In this document: positions 38,743 to 47,961 of the stretch, piece by piece
How positions within the stretch are numbered: position 1 is the first letter of the stretch
Layout of the letters: each line of letters begins with the position of its first letter
Assembly: GCA_963716725.1 (NCBI GenBank)
Contig: CAVQUB010000012.1
Span: 128,001-192,000, forward strand
Reading direction: 5' to 3'
Origin: an uncultured delta proteobacterium
GTDB lineage: Bacteria; Myxococcota_A; Polyangia; Polyangiales; Polyangiaceae
DNA length: 64,000 bases
Made by a program: the position numbers and the translations under genes
Notes under the pieces: model-generated
What the model was told of the DNA's origin: nothing
Seen by the model: the letters and a program-made list of their open reading frames with translations, nothing else
Databases searched by the model: none

Positions 38743-39942
38743 ATGTTCGGTCCGAATTCCAGAATCCCTCCCGCCATCTCAGCGGTGGCCTCGGCGTTGG
38801 GCTTGTCCTTCGCGACCAGCTCGACGCTGGACTACGCCGCTCATCTCGATCGGCGGCTGCACGACCTGCATTGCAGCTTCGTGCCCGGTGCGCCTCCCAC
38901 GGACGCGGCCGAGGCCTGCCGCACCGCGATGTACAGCCCCTACGCGGCCTTCTTTCGCGACAAGTACTGGGGGGGGATTCCGATCTCCCTATTCGCCGTC
39001 GGAGCGTTCACCTTCTTTGCGGGCTTCGCGCTCTACCTCTTGATAGCCGGCGCTCGGGCGCCCCGCCGCGCGGTCGGCTTCTTCGCTCTGGTGGGTGTCA
39101 CCCCCCTCTTGGTGTCCGCGGGCATGGCGACCATCAGCGCCGTCGAACTCGGATCGTTCTGCAAGACCTGCGTGGGCATCTACATCTCGTCGTTCTTGCT
39201 CGCGTTGGGTGCCTTGCTCGGGGCGCTGAGCCTGCGAGGCGACGGCGAGCGACCTCGAGGCAGCTGGCTGGTCCCCGCCGCGTTTCTGCCGGCGCTGGGC
39301 GCAGCCAGCCTAGTGCCGGCTGCGGCGTACGCGAGCTCAATGCCCGATCACCGCCCCTTCCTCGACAAGTGTGGCACGCTGAAGAAAGAGCCGGTCGCCG
39401 CGGACTCGCTCTTGAAGATGACCGGCAAGAAGCCGGTCAAGCCAGCGCTGTTCTTCGAGGACCCCCTGTGTCCCACCTGTCGCGCGTTTCACCAACGCTT
39501 GGGCGTCGAAGGAGTGCTCGAACGCTTGGACGTGCAGCTCGCGCTCTTTCCGCTCGACAGCGAGTGCAACTGGATGCTCTCGAGCGCGATGCACCCTGGG
39601 GCCTGCACCGTCAGCAAGGCGGTGATCTGCGGTAACGAACGCGCGCGCCAGGTCCTCGAATGGGCCTACGACGAGCAGGACGTCCTCGGGCGGGCCGGCA
39701 AGGCGGGCGCGCCGACCCTGCGTGCGGTCATCGAGAAGCGGTGGGGCGCCGACTTCATCAAGTGCATCGACTCCAACGAGACCAAGCAGACCTTGAACAA
39801 ACACCTGCATTTTGCCGCTGAGAACGGGATCGCGGTGTCCACGCCGCAGGTGTTCTTGGGCAAGCAACGGATCTGCGACGAGGACACCGACATGGGACTC
39901 CGCTACACGCTGCGACACCTGGCTCCAGAGGTGGTGCCGTGA
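38743..39942 (+). CDS. VKOR membrane domain fused to DsbA/thioredoxin domain
   Basis: Loop Cys pair, SPYA..GIPISL, FCKTC; then CPTC, FPLDSECN, STP. Confidence 0.88.
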   Translation: MFGPNSRIPPAISAVASALGLSFATSSTLDYAAHLDRRLHDLHCSFVPGAPPTDAAEACRTAMYSPYAAFFRDKYWGGIPISLFAVGAFTFFAGFALYLLIAGARAPRRAVGFFALVGVTPLLVSAGMATISAVELGSFCKTCVGIYISSFLLALGALLGALSLRGDGERPRGSWLVPAAFLPALGAASLVPAAAYASSMPDHRPFLDKCGTLKKEPVAADSLLKMTGKKPVKPALFFEDPLCPTCRAFHQRLGVEGVLERLDVQLALFPLDSECNWMLSSAMHPGACTVSKAVICGNERARQVLEWAYDEQDVLGRAGKAGAPTLRAVIEKRWGADFIKCIDSNETKQTLNKHLHFAAENGIAVSTPQVFLGKQRICDEDTDMGLRYTLRHLAPEVVP

Positions 39943-40646
39943 GCCGTCAGGCTCGGGTGATCGCGCCGGCCGCGGGCGGCCTCGCCACGCTGCTCATGTT
40001 GGGCGCGTTGTCGCTTTCCGTCAGCGCGGGCGTCAAGAGCGCGGGGCAGCGCCTCACGACACCGGAGGCCGAGCAGCCCAAGGTTGCCATTGCCGATCAC
40101 GCCGAGGTGCCTTACTGCACGCCACGCTTCAAGCAGGTGCTCGAGCGCGTACTGCACTCGTGCGGCCTCTCCGGCGGAGAAAACCGCCGGGGCTGCAAGC
40201 CCGCCGACGTGAAGACCTTCGCGTCGATCAGCGACGACGATTTCAACGAACTCTTCACGCCCCTGAAAGAACGCGGCGCGGTCGTGCTCTTCGACACCGC
40301 GAAGGAGGACCTCGACGAAGGGGCGAAGAAGGTCCTCGCCGACCGCTGGGCGGACCGCAAGGGAGCTCGCTACTTCTTCGTGGTGGCCCGCGCTTCCAAG
40401 ACCGGGTCGCCAGAGAAGAACCGCGCCTTGTCGCACCGCCGCGCCAACTCGATCATGTACTTTTTGAAGGAGCTGTCGAAAGATCCCGAGATCGAGAAGA
40501 AGGTCGGACTACTCTGGCTCGGAAACGAATTCGCTCAGCTGTCGAAGGAGTACTGCACGTGGCCGAACTCGCGCACCGGGAAGAAATGCGACGACGAATC
40601 CATCAACCGCTCCGCGTTCGTGTCGTGGGTAGACTGTCGGCTCTAG
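39939..40646 (+). CDS. Secreted Cys-rich OmpA-like (peptidoglycan-binding) domain protein
   Basis: VLFD...L, ASKTG..EKNRALSHRRA.SI, INRS; 6 Cys. Confidence 0.6.
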   Translation: MSRQARVIAPAAGGLATLLMLGALSLSVSAGVKSAGQRLTTPEAEQPKVAIADHAEVPYCTPRFKQVLERVLHSCGLSGGENRRGCKPADVKTFASISDDDFNELFTPLKERGAVVLFDTAKEDLDEGAKKVLADRWADRKGARYFFVVARASKTGSPEKNRALSHRRANSIMYFLKELSKDPEIEKKVGLLWLGNEFAQLSKEYCTWPNSRTGKKCDDESINRSAFVSWVDCRL

Positions 40647-41290
40647 CAGCGCTGGGCATGGTTGCCGCCGCCTGCAACGGCGACAAAAAGCCCGAGCCCA
40701 CCGCGACGGCTCAGCGCAGTCAGGCAGTTACTGCGACCGGCAGACCCGCCGCGACGCCAGCGCCGGCGGCCAGCTCCGTGGCGCTGCCGACGCCCAAGAA
40801 GCCCCCACGGAAGCTCTGTGTCGGCGAGCTGGACCGACCCGGCAAGCCGCTGACGGACAAACCCGCCTCGCGAGCCAGCGCGCCGGGCGCGCGGGCCGTC
40901 CCGGACAAGCTCCGCCCGAGTGCGCAGAGCTGGACCTGGGTGAACTTCTGGGCGGCCTGGTGCGTGCCCTGCAAAGAAGAGATGCCGCGTCTGATCGAGT
41001 TCGAGAAGAAGCTCGGAGGCAAGCTCCGGCTGGTGTTCGTCTCCTTGGATGACGATCAGCGCCAGCTCGACGACTTTTTGAAGGCCCAACCAGAGACCGG
41101 CGTGCGCGCGTCGTACTGGCTCAAAGAGGGCAAGGAGCGCGAGGAGTGGCTGACCGCCGCCGAGATCGAAGAAGATCCGGAGCTGCCCACTCATCTCGTC
41201 GTCGATCCCGAGGGCAAGATCCGCTGTCGCGTGAAGGGCGCGATCGAGGACGCAGACTTCTCGTCCATCGCGCAGATCGTCGGTCGCTGA
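40625..41290 (+). CDS. TlpA-family thiol:disulfide oxidoreductase lipoprotein
   Basis: VNFWAAWCVPCKEEMP; lipobox AAAC. Confidence 0.88.
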   Translation: MGRLSALAALGMVAAACNGDKKPEPTATAQRSQAVTATGRPAATPAPAASSVALPTPKKPPRKLCVGELDRPGKPLTDKPASRASAPGARAVPDKLRPSAQSWTWVNFWAAWCVPCKEEMPRLIEFEKKLGGKLRLVFVSLDDDQRQLDDFLKAQPETGVRASYWLKEGKEREEWLTAAEIEEDPELPTHLVVDPEGKIRCRVKGAIEDADFSSIAQIVGR

Positions 41291-41293
41291 GCG

Positions 41294-42457
41294 ATGCCAC
41301 CACCCGATCTGGAGCTCCCTCGATTTCTCGAGGCGCCGCTCTTCGCGGGGCACCCCTGGGTGTACCGCGATCACGTGCCGCGGGAGTTCCGAGCCGACTC
41401 TGGCACCTTGGTGCGCATTCGCGCCGGCTCGTTCTCGGCCTTTGCCCTCTGGGATGCCGAGTCGCAGATCGCGCTGCGCGTGTACTCGACGCGGGAGCTA
41501 CCGAGCGCTTCTTGGGTCGCCGATCGCGTGCGACAGGCCTGGGAGCTGCGCTCGTTGGTTCGAAGCCAGGAGACCACGGCCTTCCGCTGGCTCTTCGGTG
41601 AGGGCGACGGACTGCCCGGCGTGGTCGTCGATCTCTACGGACGCTTCGCGGTGATCGCGCTCTACGCCGACGGGCTCGAGCGAATCGCCGAGTGGGTCGC
41701 CGAAGCGCTGCGCGGCACCACGGAGCTGGCCGGGATCCTCCTCCGCCGCCGCGGGAGCGACGGCGGGCTCGAGGTCGTCTGGGGTAGGAGGCCGCCGGCC
41801 GAGCTGCTGGTGGAGGAGCATGGCGTGCGGATGTGCGCAGATCTCGAGGCGGGCCAGAAGACGGGCCTCTTCCTCGACCACCGGGAGAATCGCCGCTTCG
41901 TCGGATCCGTCGCCGCCGGGCGGCGCGTGCTGAATCTCTTTTCCTACACCGGCGCCTTCTCGCTCCACGCCGCGCTCCAAGGTGCGGCGCATGTCACGAG
42001 CGTGGACGTCGCTTCCGGCGCCATGGCGGCAGCCCGCGAGAACTTCCGGCTCAACGGCCTCGACGTCGACGCCCACGACTTCGTGGTCGCGGACGTGTTC
42101 GAGTTCCTCGAGCAGACGAAATCCGATGGCAGGGTCTTCGACTTGGTCATCTCGGATCCGCCCAGCTTCGCCAAGAGCAAGCAGCAGCAGAAGCAGGCGC
42201 TGCGCGCCTACGTGAAGCTCAACTCGCTGGCGCTCCGTGCCACCGCGGTTGGTGGGCTCTTCGCGGCGGCCAGCTGCACGTCGCAGGTCGGCCCCGAAGC
42301 GTTTCGTCAGACCCTGGCCGAGGCCGCCAGCCGAGCCAAACGACGCCTTCAGATCATCCACGAAGCGGGCCAGCCCGCCGACCATCCGGTGTTCGCGCAG
42401 CATCTCGAGGGGCGCTACCTGAAGTTCATGGTGGGTCGGGCCCTCGGCCCGGCCTGA
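41294..42457 (+). CDS. rlmI: Class I SAM-dependent rRNA methyltransferase (RlmI-like)
   Basis: GHPWVY, EGDGLPG, GQKTGLFLDHRENR, LNLFSYTGAF, DPPSF, YLK. Confidence 0.85.
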   Translation: MPPPDLELPRFLEAPLFAGHPWVYRDHVPREFRADSGTLVRIRAGSFSAFALWDAESQIALRVYSTRELPSASWVADRVRQAWELRSLVRSQETTAFRWLFGEGDGLPGVVVDLYGRFAVIALYADGLERIAEWVAEALRGTTELAGILLRRRGSDGGLEVVWGRRPPAELLVEEHGVRMCADLEAGQKTGLFLDHRENRRFVGSVAAGRRVLNLFSYTGAFSLHAALQGAAHVTSVDVASGAMAAARENFRLNGLDVDAHDFVVADVFEFLEQTKSDGRVFDLVISDPPSFAKSKQQQKQALRAYVKLNSLALRATAVGGLFAAASCTSQVGPEAFRQTLAEAASRAKRRLQIIHEAGQPADHPVFAQHLEGRYLKFMVGRALGPA

Positions 42458-42468
42458 TCGCCAGGCAC

Positions 42469-42524
42469 AAAAAAGTCGAACCGCACCGGCGACGGGGTGG
42501 ACATCCGTCGCGGGTGCGGTCGAC
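42469..42524 (-). terminator. Intrinsic terminator
   Basis: Long stem gtcgaaccgcacc..gcgacgg / ccgtcgc..ggtgcggtcgac with A6 (U6 on the minus strand). Confidence 0.75.
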
Positions 42525-42732
42525 CGCTCTCGATTCGCTCGGGGATCAGGCGCCGAGCGCATCACCTCCTGGGCTCATGGCTCCGGGCTCTCGGGTTGCG
42601 CGACGCTTCGTCAGGCTCTCTTCGGGTTGGTTTCTCATCGGGCTTGGCTTGGTTATGTTTTTGGGGACGAGGCGCGTCGGATCTGCTTCACGATTGCGGG
42701 TAGCGTTTTCGGTTGGGGCGTGCGGATCGGGA

Positions 42733-43266
42733 TCACTTCAGCTGGGCGAGCACCTCCGTTCTGCTGCCGTCGGCGCGATCCATGGTGGCGATCACGACGG
42801 GCTGGCCAGGTTTCATGCGCACGCTGGCGCTCACCTTCGACTCAGACTGAGAGTTTTCGCGACGTTCGGACTTGCGGATGTCGAAGGCGAGGGGAGACGC
42901 AGCTCCCGAACCGGCGCGGTGGACGGTGATTCGGTACTCGAGATCTCCAACTCGAGAATCGATGCGTGAGACACCACGCTCGGTGACCGGAAACGAGAAA
43001 CGCTCGACCTTGCTTGGCGCGCCGGCGCGGATCTCGCGGATCTCGACGGCGATCAGCGCGGGCATGGCCGCGCCCGCCACAGCCGCCGGCGCCGGGGCGG
43101 GGCGCGGGGGCGGTGCTGGTCGCAGAGCGATGCGGGGGCGCGACTGTGCCGCGGGCACGGTTGCGGTGCGTCGCGGAGGATCCGCGTGCGCGCTCGGTGC
43201 AGCGAGTGAAAGCGCGGCGAAGCACAGCGGTGCGGCGGCGAAGGATTGGACGAGTCGAATTTGCAT
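42733..43266 (-). CDS. Hypothetical secreted protein
   Basis: AAGGAG RBS; signal peptide ending AHA; beta-rich domain. Confidence 0.75.
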   Translation of the reverse strand: MQIRLVQSFAAAPLCFAALSLAAPSAHADPPRRTATVPAAQSRPRIALRPAPPPRPAPAPAAVAGAAMPALIAVEIREIRAGAPSKVERFSFPVTERGVSRIDSRVGDLEYRITVHRAGSGAASPLAFDIRKSERRENSQSESKVSASVRMKPGQPVVIATMDRADGSRTEVLAQLK

Positions 43267-43298
43267 TCAGTGCTCCTTGTCTGGACGAAGCACGGAAT

Positions 43299-43314
43299 TG
43301 CAACGCGCGTGCCA
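43299..43314 (-). promoter_or_regulatory. Sigma54 -24/-12 promoter
   Basis: TGGCACGCGCGTTGCA, a perfect TGGCACG-N4-TTGCA, ~30 bp upstream of ATG 43266. Confidence 0.8.
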
Positions 43315-43445
43315 CGACGCGCTTCGGCGCCGAAAACGCGATAACCCGGCAGATCGCCCGAGATCAGCCCGGCGCGACGGACCACTGTGTTGTCAGGCTG
43401 GCGGGGTGGCGGCGCTCGGCGTGACGAGCTGACAAAGGCGCGTGC

Positions 43446-44165
43446 TCAGAACACGTAGCGGAGCGCGATGCCGCTCGTCCACGCCAGCGCCTGCTCGCCG
43501 CCGCGGTCGCGCCCCAAGACGTCTTGGTAGTTCTTCACGCCGCCGTGAAGCGCGAGGGCCATGTGCGGGTTCACCTGGTACCACTCGAAACCGAGCTGTC
43601 CGCCCCAGTAGAGCCCGAGTTGGTCGGCGTTCCGGTGGCCGTAGTAAAAGAGGACGTCCTCGGTGATCTTTGCGCCACCGGCGCTGCCCTGCACGTAGAT
43701 CCCGAAGCGGTCCATGGGCTTGACCGTCAGCCGCAGGCCGCCGCCGAAGCCGAAGAGTGCGTAGCCTCGAGGCTCCGGTGGTCGGTTCGCGTACGACGTG
43801 TTCGAGAACACCAGATCGCCCTCAGCGAACACCATCAAGAACGACAGGGGCTCGAAGCCGAAATGCAGGTGGAACCAGGGCGAAGTCGGCGAGACGTTCT
43901 TCAGCGGTCCCAGATGCCCGAGCGCGCCGATGCTCGACTCGAGCACGAAGCCGTGGTCGCGCGGCGGGGCCGGCGGGGCCTCTTCTTGATCGTCGGCGTC
44001 GAGGCCGTCCTTGCCCTGCGCCGCGTCGTCGCGGGTGAGCCAGCCGTCGATCTCGGCATCGGTCATCTGCCGGCTCTCGGGCTCATCGGCGGCTCGCGCG
44101 GCGGCAGACCACGACAGGGCGAAGGCGAGGGGCAGCAGCGCGAGGCGGTGGGCGAGGGACGGCAT
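43446..44165 (-). CDS. Outer-membrane beta-barrel protein, CglE-like
   Basis: Signal peptide; amphipathic strands; C-terminal LRYVF. Confidence 0.65.
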   Translation of the reverse strand: MPSLAHRLALLPLAFALSWSAAARAADEPESRQMTDAEIDGWLTRDDAAQGKDGLDADDQEEAPPAPPRDHGFVLESSIGALGHLGPLKNVSPTSPWFHLHFGFEPLSFLMVFAEGDLVFSNTSYANRPPEPRGYALFGFGGGLRLTVKPMDRFGIYVQGSAGGAKITEDVLFYYGHRNADQLGLYWGGQLGFEWYQVNPHMALALHGGVKNYQDVLGRDRGGEQALAWTSGIALRYVF

Positions 44166-44224
44166 CCGAAGCGGCATCACGCTAGCGCGCCCGCCGGCTG
44201 CCGTCATCCCAGGTTCTCGGGCAC

Positions 44225-44271
44225 AAAAAGCCGAAGCCCCACGCCGCTCGCGCGGCGCAGGGCTCCTGGTT
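44225..44271 (-). terminator. Probable intrinsic terminator
   Basis: Imperfect GC stem with A5 tract downstream of the minus-strand gene ending at 44287. Confidence 0.55.
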
Positions 44272-44286
44272 GGGGCCTGATTCGGA

Positions 44287-45852
44287 TCAGGCCTTCGGGC
44301 GGAAGTGGATGCCGCAGCGGTAATAGGTGCCCTTGATGTTCGCGTCCTGGCTGGTCGCGTTCAGCTTGACGATCAGCTTGGTCTCCCCGCTGGGGGTCGT
44401 CAGGTCCTGGAGCACGGCGTTTTTGTCAGCCGCCTCGACGACGGTCCCGCCGGTGATGGCTGAGCTGTCGCCCTTGAGCAGGTTGATGGTGAAGTTGCGC
44501 AGGCCCGAGCCGGAGCGCTGGGCGCCGCAGGCCACGGACACGGTGTCCGCGCCCTGGACCGGCACCACCACCGAGAAGTGGTCGACGTCCGTGGTGGAGA
44601 TCAGATCACCTTCGACGAAGTAGCTGTTCTGGGTGGCGGAGGGCATGGTCAGGACTTCTGCCGTGGCCAGCACGTCGTTCGCGGCTTCCTGCTTCTCGAC
44701 CGGGTTGCCGCCGCCGAAGCCGGAGAGGTCGAAGTAGAAGTCGTTGCCGCCCGTCGGAGCCGTCACGCGCTTGTAGAATGCGAGGTAGTCGGTGCCGGCG
44801 GTCAGCGGGACGTCGATGGTCTGTCCGTTGCCGTCGGCGTCCACCTTCGAGAAGTCCACGTGCGCCAGGATCACCGTCGGCGCGGACTTGGCTGCGATCC
44901 ACACCTCACTGGGCGAGGTCGTCGAGCCGTTGCCGGTGGTGCCGCCCTTCTGGGTGTAGAGGCTGCCGTTGAGCCGGGCGCCCGCGTCGACGGTGACGTC
45001 GGCGGGGACCTTGAAGGACCACACGTCCACGTCGGTTGCGCTGCTGAAGGTGCCGAGCATGGTGCTCAGGTAGTAGCTGCCGGCGGTGGTGGTCGCCTTG
45101 TAGGTGACCGGCGACGCCTGAGCGTCCGTGTCGTTGGGCTCGGTTTCCTTGACCTCGCCGGCCTCGCTGAAGGTCAGCCCCGAGATGTACAAGACGTAAT
45201 TCTTCTTGGTGATTTTCGCCATCGGGGCGCATTTCGAAGGGCCGCCCTTCTCCCAAGCGGTGCACTCCACCACCCGGACGAAGTAAGTGCCGTCGGCCGG
45301 CAGCACGGTCAGCATGAATGGATCGTTGCTGCTGCGGGGATCCGGATCGTCCTGCTCGGCGATCTGCTTGCCGGTGGAATCGTATACGGTGATGACGAGA
45401 TCGACGTAGGTCGGGTCGAAGGGGTCGCCGGCCGAGGCCGCGGGCTTCGCGTCGGTGAGGATCGAGATGGCCTGACCCTTCTTGCCGTCGAACTTGTACC
45501 AGTCCTGATCCTTGTCGATCGGGTCGAGGGCGCCCTGGATGGAATCCTTCTGCGGATCGGTGCCGATCTTGGCCTGGGTCGCGGTCTCCTTGGTGTCGTT
45601 GCCGTCGGGCTTCGCGCCGCCGGTGCCGCCGGAGCCGCCGGAGCCGCCGCTGCCGCCCACGCTGCCGCCGCTGCCGCCCAAGCCGCCGCCCGTGCCGCCC
45701 GCGCCGCCGATGAGGTTGCCGCCGGTGCCGCCGGTGCTGGCTCCGCCGGTGTTGCCGCCGCCGCTGCTGTCGCCGCCGCAAGCCGTGATCATTCCAAGCC
45801 AGCCTGCGCCGGCGATCAGGAGAGTGAGAGAGGTCTTGGTCATGGAAGTCAT
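44287..45852 (-). CDS. Lipoprotein with pre-peptidase C-terminal (PPC)-like domains
   Basis: Lipobox ITAC; ETEPND, DQDWYKF, DVDVWSF, DVDHFS motifs. Confidence 0.78.
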   Translation of the reverse strand: MTSMTKTSLTLLIAGAGWLGMITACGGDSSGGGNTGGASTGGTGGNLIGGAGGTGGGLGGSGGSVGGSGGSGGSGGTGGAKPDGNDTKETATQAKIGTDPQKDSIQGALDPIDKDQDWYKFDGKKGQAISILTDAKPAASAGDPFDPTYVDLVITVYDSTGKQIAEQDDPDPRSSNDPFMLTVLPADGTYFVRVVECTAWEKGGPSKCAPMAKITKKNYVLYISGLTFSEAGEVKETEPNDTDAQASPVTYKATTTAGSYYLSTMLGTFSSATDVDVWSFKVPADVTVDAGARLNGSLYTQKGGTTGNGSTTSPSEVWIAAKSAPTVILAHVDFSKVDADGNGQTIDVPLTAGTDYLAFYKRVTAPTGGNDFYFDLSGFGGGNPVEKQEAANDVLATAEVLTMPSATQNSYFVEGDLISTTDVDHFSVVVPVQGADTVSVACGAQRSGSGLRNFTINLLKGDSSAITGGTVVEAADKNAVLQDLTTPSGETKLIVKLNATSQDANIKGTYYRCGIHFRPKA

Positions 45853-46049
45853 GTGCTTTCCCCGTTGTGCTGTTGAGGTGGCGTGCGGCGTTGCGGCGCA
45901 CCCGAGCGCCACCGCGGCCGCGCAGCATAGAGGGGAGCGGGCGCTTTTCAAGCTGACCCGATTTGCGTATCCAAGTCGCGGGGTTAGCGCCGTCTGGGCG
46001 CACGTGGCCCCGGCCGGGCCGGCGGTTGGGCCGCGGGACGCGCGGCGTC

Positions 46050-46607
46050 TCAGCCCATGAAATCGCTACGGCGGGTCAAGCTGAACAGCGGCAACCCCGC
46101 CTCGCGGATCGTCTCGGCGCCGCCCTCTTCGCGATCGACGAGCGCGAGGATGCCGGTCACCGTGGCTCCTGCCGCTTTCAGCGCGTCGATGGCCTTGAGG
46201 CTCGAGCCGCCCGTGGTGATCACGTCTTCGAGCAGCGCGACGCGTAGCCCCGGACGGAGCGACCTGTCTCCCTCTACCAGCTTGGCGCTGCCGTGATCTT
46301 TGCGTGCTTTTCGCACGTACAGCGCGGGCAGCGGGCGCCCGCGCTGAAAGCTCACCAAGCTCACCGCGCTGGCCAAGGGGCAGCCGCCGAGTTCGACCCC
46401 GCCCACGGCATCGCACTCGGGGATCTCGCCGAGCGCGTCGAACATCAGTTCGCCGGCGAGCGCGTGGCCCTCGGCGGTGAGCACCGCTTGCTTGCAGTCG
46501 ATGAAGAAGTCGCTCTCGCGCCCGGACGCGAGGATGACCTTCTTACGTTCGAAGCTGAGATCGCGAAGCAGCGCCACCAGCCGTTGACGCTTGCCCTCGT
46601 CAATCAC
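46050..46607 (-). CDS. pyrE: Orotate phosphoribosyltransferase
   Basis: LASGRES, RKARKDHG, LEDVITTGGS. Confidence 0.95.
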   Translation of the reverse strand: MIDEGKRQRLVALLRDLSFERKKVILASGRESDFFIDCKQAVLTAEGHALAGELMFDALGEIPECDAVGGVELGGCPLASAVSLVSFQRGRPLPALYVRKARKDHGSAKLVEGDRSLRPGLRVALLEDVITTGGSSLKAIDALKAAGATVTGILALVDREEGGAETIREAGLPLFSLTRRSDFMG

Positions 46608-47200
46608 GATCGCTTGACCTTCTTCTTGCCGCGCACGCCTTTTCCGAGCGAGGGAACCACCGGCGCGGGCGGCCCGGCCGGAGGCTCGGCTGCCGCGATG
46701 GCGACCGGCGCCGGCGCCGGGGGAGCCGGCGCAGCTTCGATGGCGGGCTTCGCGGGCGCGGGCGCTGCCGCGGGCAGCGCGGCCGGTTTCGGCGCGATGG
46801 CGACGGCGGGCCTGGGTTTGCTGCTGAAGCTGTCCGCTCCGCGCCGGGTCGGGACCACCGCGGCGCGGCGCGGAGCCGTGGGCTCGCCCTCGGTCCGAAC
46901 GCGGCCTCGCACCAGCGCGCCTTCGGCGATGCCGATGCGGGGCGCTAGCAGGTCGCCGACCACGCGGGCGCCGCGCTCCAGCATCACCGCCTCGCTGCCG
47001 GTCAGATCGCCGGCGACCTGTCCCGCGACGATGATCTGGGCGCCGCTGACGTTGCCGCTGACCGCACCGTCTTCCGCGACCGTCACGTCGCCGTCCACTT
47101 GAACGTCGCCCTCGACGCGGCCGCGGATCTCGATGGCTCCCGCGCCGCGCACGTTGCCGCGGATAGAGGTGCCGCGCCCGATGATGGATGCTGCCGCCAT
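46604..47200 (-). CDS. Bactofilin with Pro/Ala-rich and basic tail (BacP-like)
   Basis: IIGRGTSIRGNV...GRVEGDV...IAEGALVRGRV beta-helix plus disordered tail. Confidence 0.85.
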   Translation of the reverse strand: MAAASIIGRGTSIRGNVRGAGAIEIRGRVEGDVQVDGDVTVAEDGAVSGNVSGAQIIVAGQVAGDLTGSEAVMLERGARVVGDLLAPRIGIAEGALVRGRVRTEGEPTAPRRAAVVPTRRGADSFSSKPRPAVAIAPKPAALPAAAPAPAKPAIEAAPAPPAPAPVAIAAAEPPAGPPAPVVPSLGKGVRGKKKVKRS

Positions 47201-47207
47201 CGGTCCG

Positions 47208-47534
47208 TCACACGTCCATGTCGACGCTGCCCTTGAACGAGGCACCGTCTGCAATGGTGAAGCGGGCCGACTTCACGTCACCCACCAGCCGACCGCCAGC
47301 TTGGATGTCGACGCGCTCTCGGGCCGCGACGTTGCCGGTGACCTGCCCCGCAACCGTCACGGAGCTCGCGGTCAGATCGGCTTCGACGACCCCGCCGCTG
47401 CCCACCGAGATGGCGTCAGTGGTCGTGAGCGTGCCACGCACCGTACCGTGGACCACGACCTCGTCGTCGCCCGTGAGCTCGCCCTCGATCGAGAGCCCTT
47501 CGCCAATCACCGTTCCCGCCATGCTCGCTCCCAT
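47208..47534 (-). CDS. Bactofilin (BacO-like)
   Basis: TVIGEGLSIEGEL...IADGASFKGSVDMDV; start may be 47522. Confidence 0.9.
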   Translation of the reverse strand: MGASMAGTVIGEGLSIEGELTGDDEVVVHGTVRGTLTTTDAISVGSGGVVEADLTASSVTVAGQVTGNVAARERVDIQAGGRLVGDVKSARFTIADGASFKGSVDMDV

Positions 47535-47544
47535 CGGGGTCGAC

Positions 47545-47898
47545 TCAACGCCGCCCTTCGAAGTCCAAAGTGAATTCGGTGTCGAGCTGCACGTCGACCC
47601 GTGAGCCCGCCTCGATGGCGACGCTCGAGCCCGTGAGGTCGCCCTTGACCTCGGCGCCGGAGCGCACCTGGATCGTCCCGGCGCACTTCGCGTCGCCGAG
47701 CAGCCGGCCCGAGATGTCCAGGGAAGCCGCGCTCACGTCGCCCTCGACCGCGGCGCCGGAGCCGATCTCGACTGGACCCGAGACCGCCACGTCTCCGCTC
47801 AGGGTGCCATCGACCCTGAGGCCGCCCGTGCCCGTGACTCGTCCCGTGAGCTGGGAGCGAGCTCCGATCGCGCTGGTGTCCGAGGTGTGTCGCGCCAT
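47545..47898 (-). CDS. Bactofilin (BacN-like)
   Basis: IGARSQLTGRV...LRVDGTLSGDV...IEAG. Confidence 0.85.
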   Translation of the reverse strand: MARHTSDTSAIGARSQLTGRVTGTGGLRVDGTLSGDVAVSGPVEIGSGAAVEGDVSAASLDISGRLLGDAKCAGTIQVRSGAEVKGDLTGSSVAIEAGSRVDVQLDTEFTLDFEGRR

Positions 47899-47961
47899 GA
47901 ATGCGGGCGCACGCTAATACAGGCCGGCCGGGCTGTCAGCACGAACAATTGCAGGCAGCTC

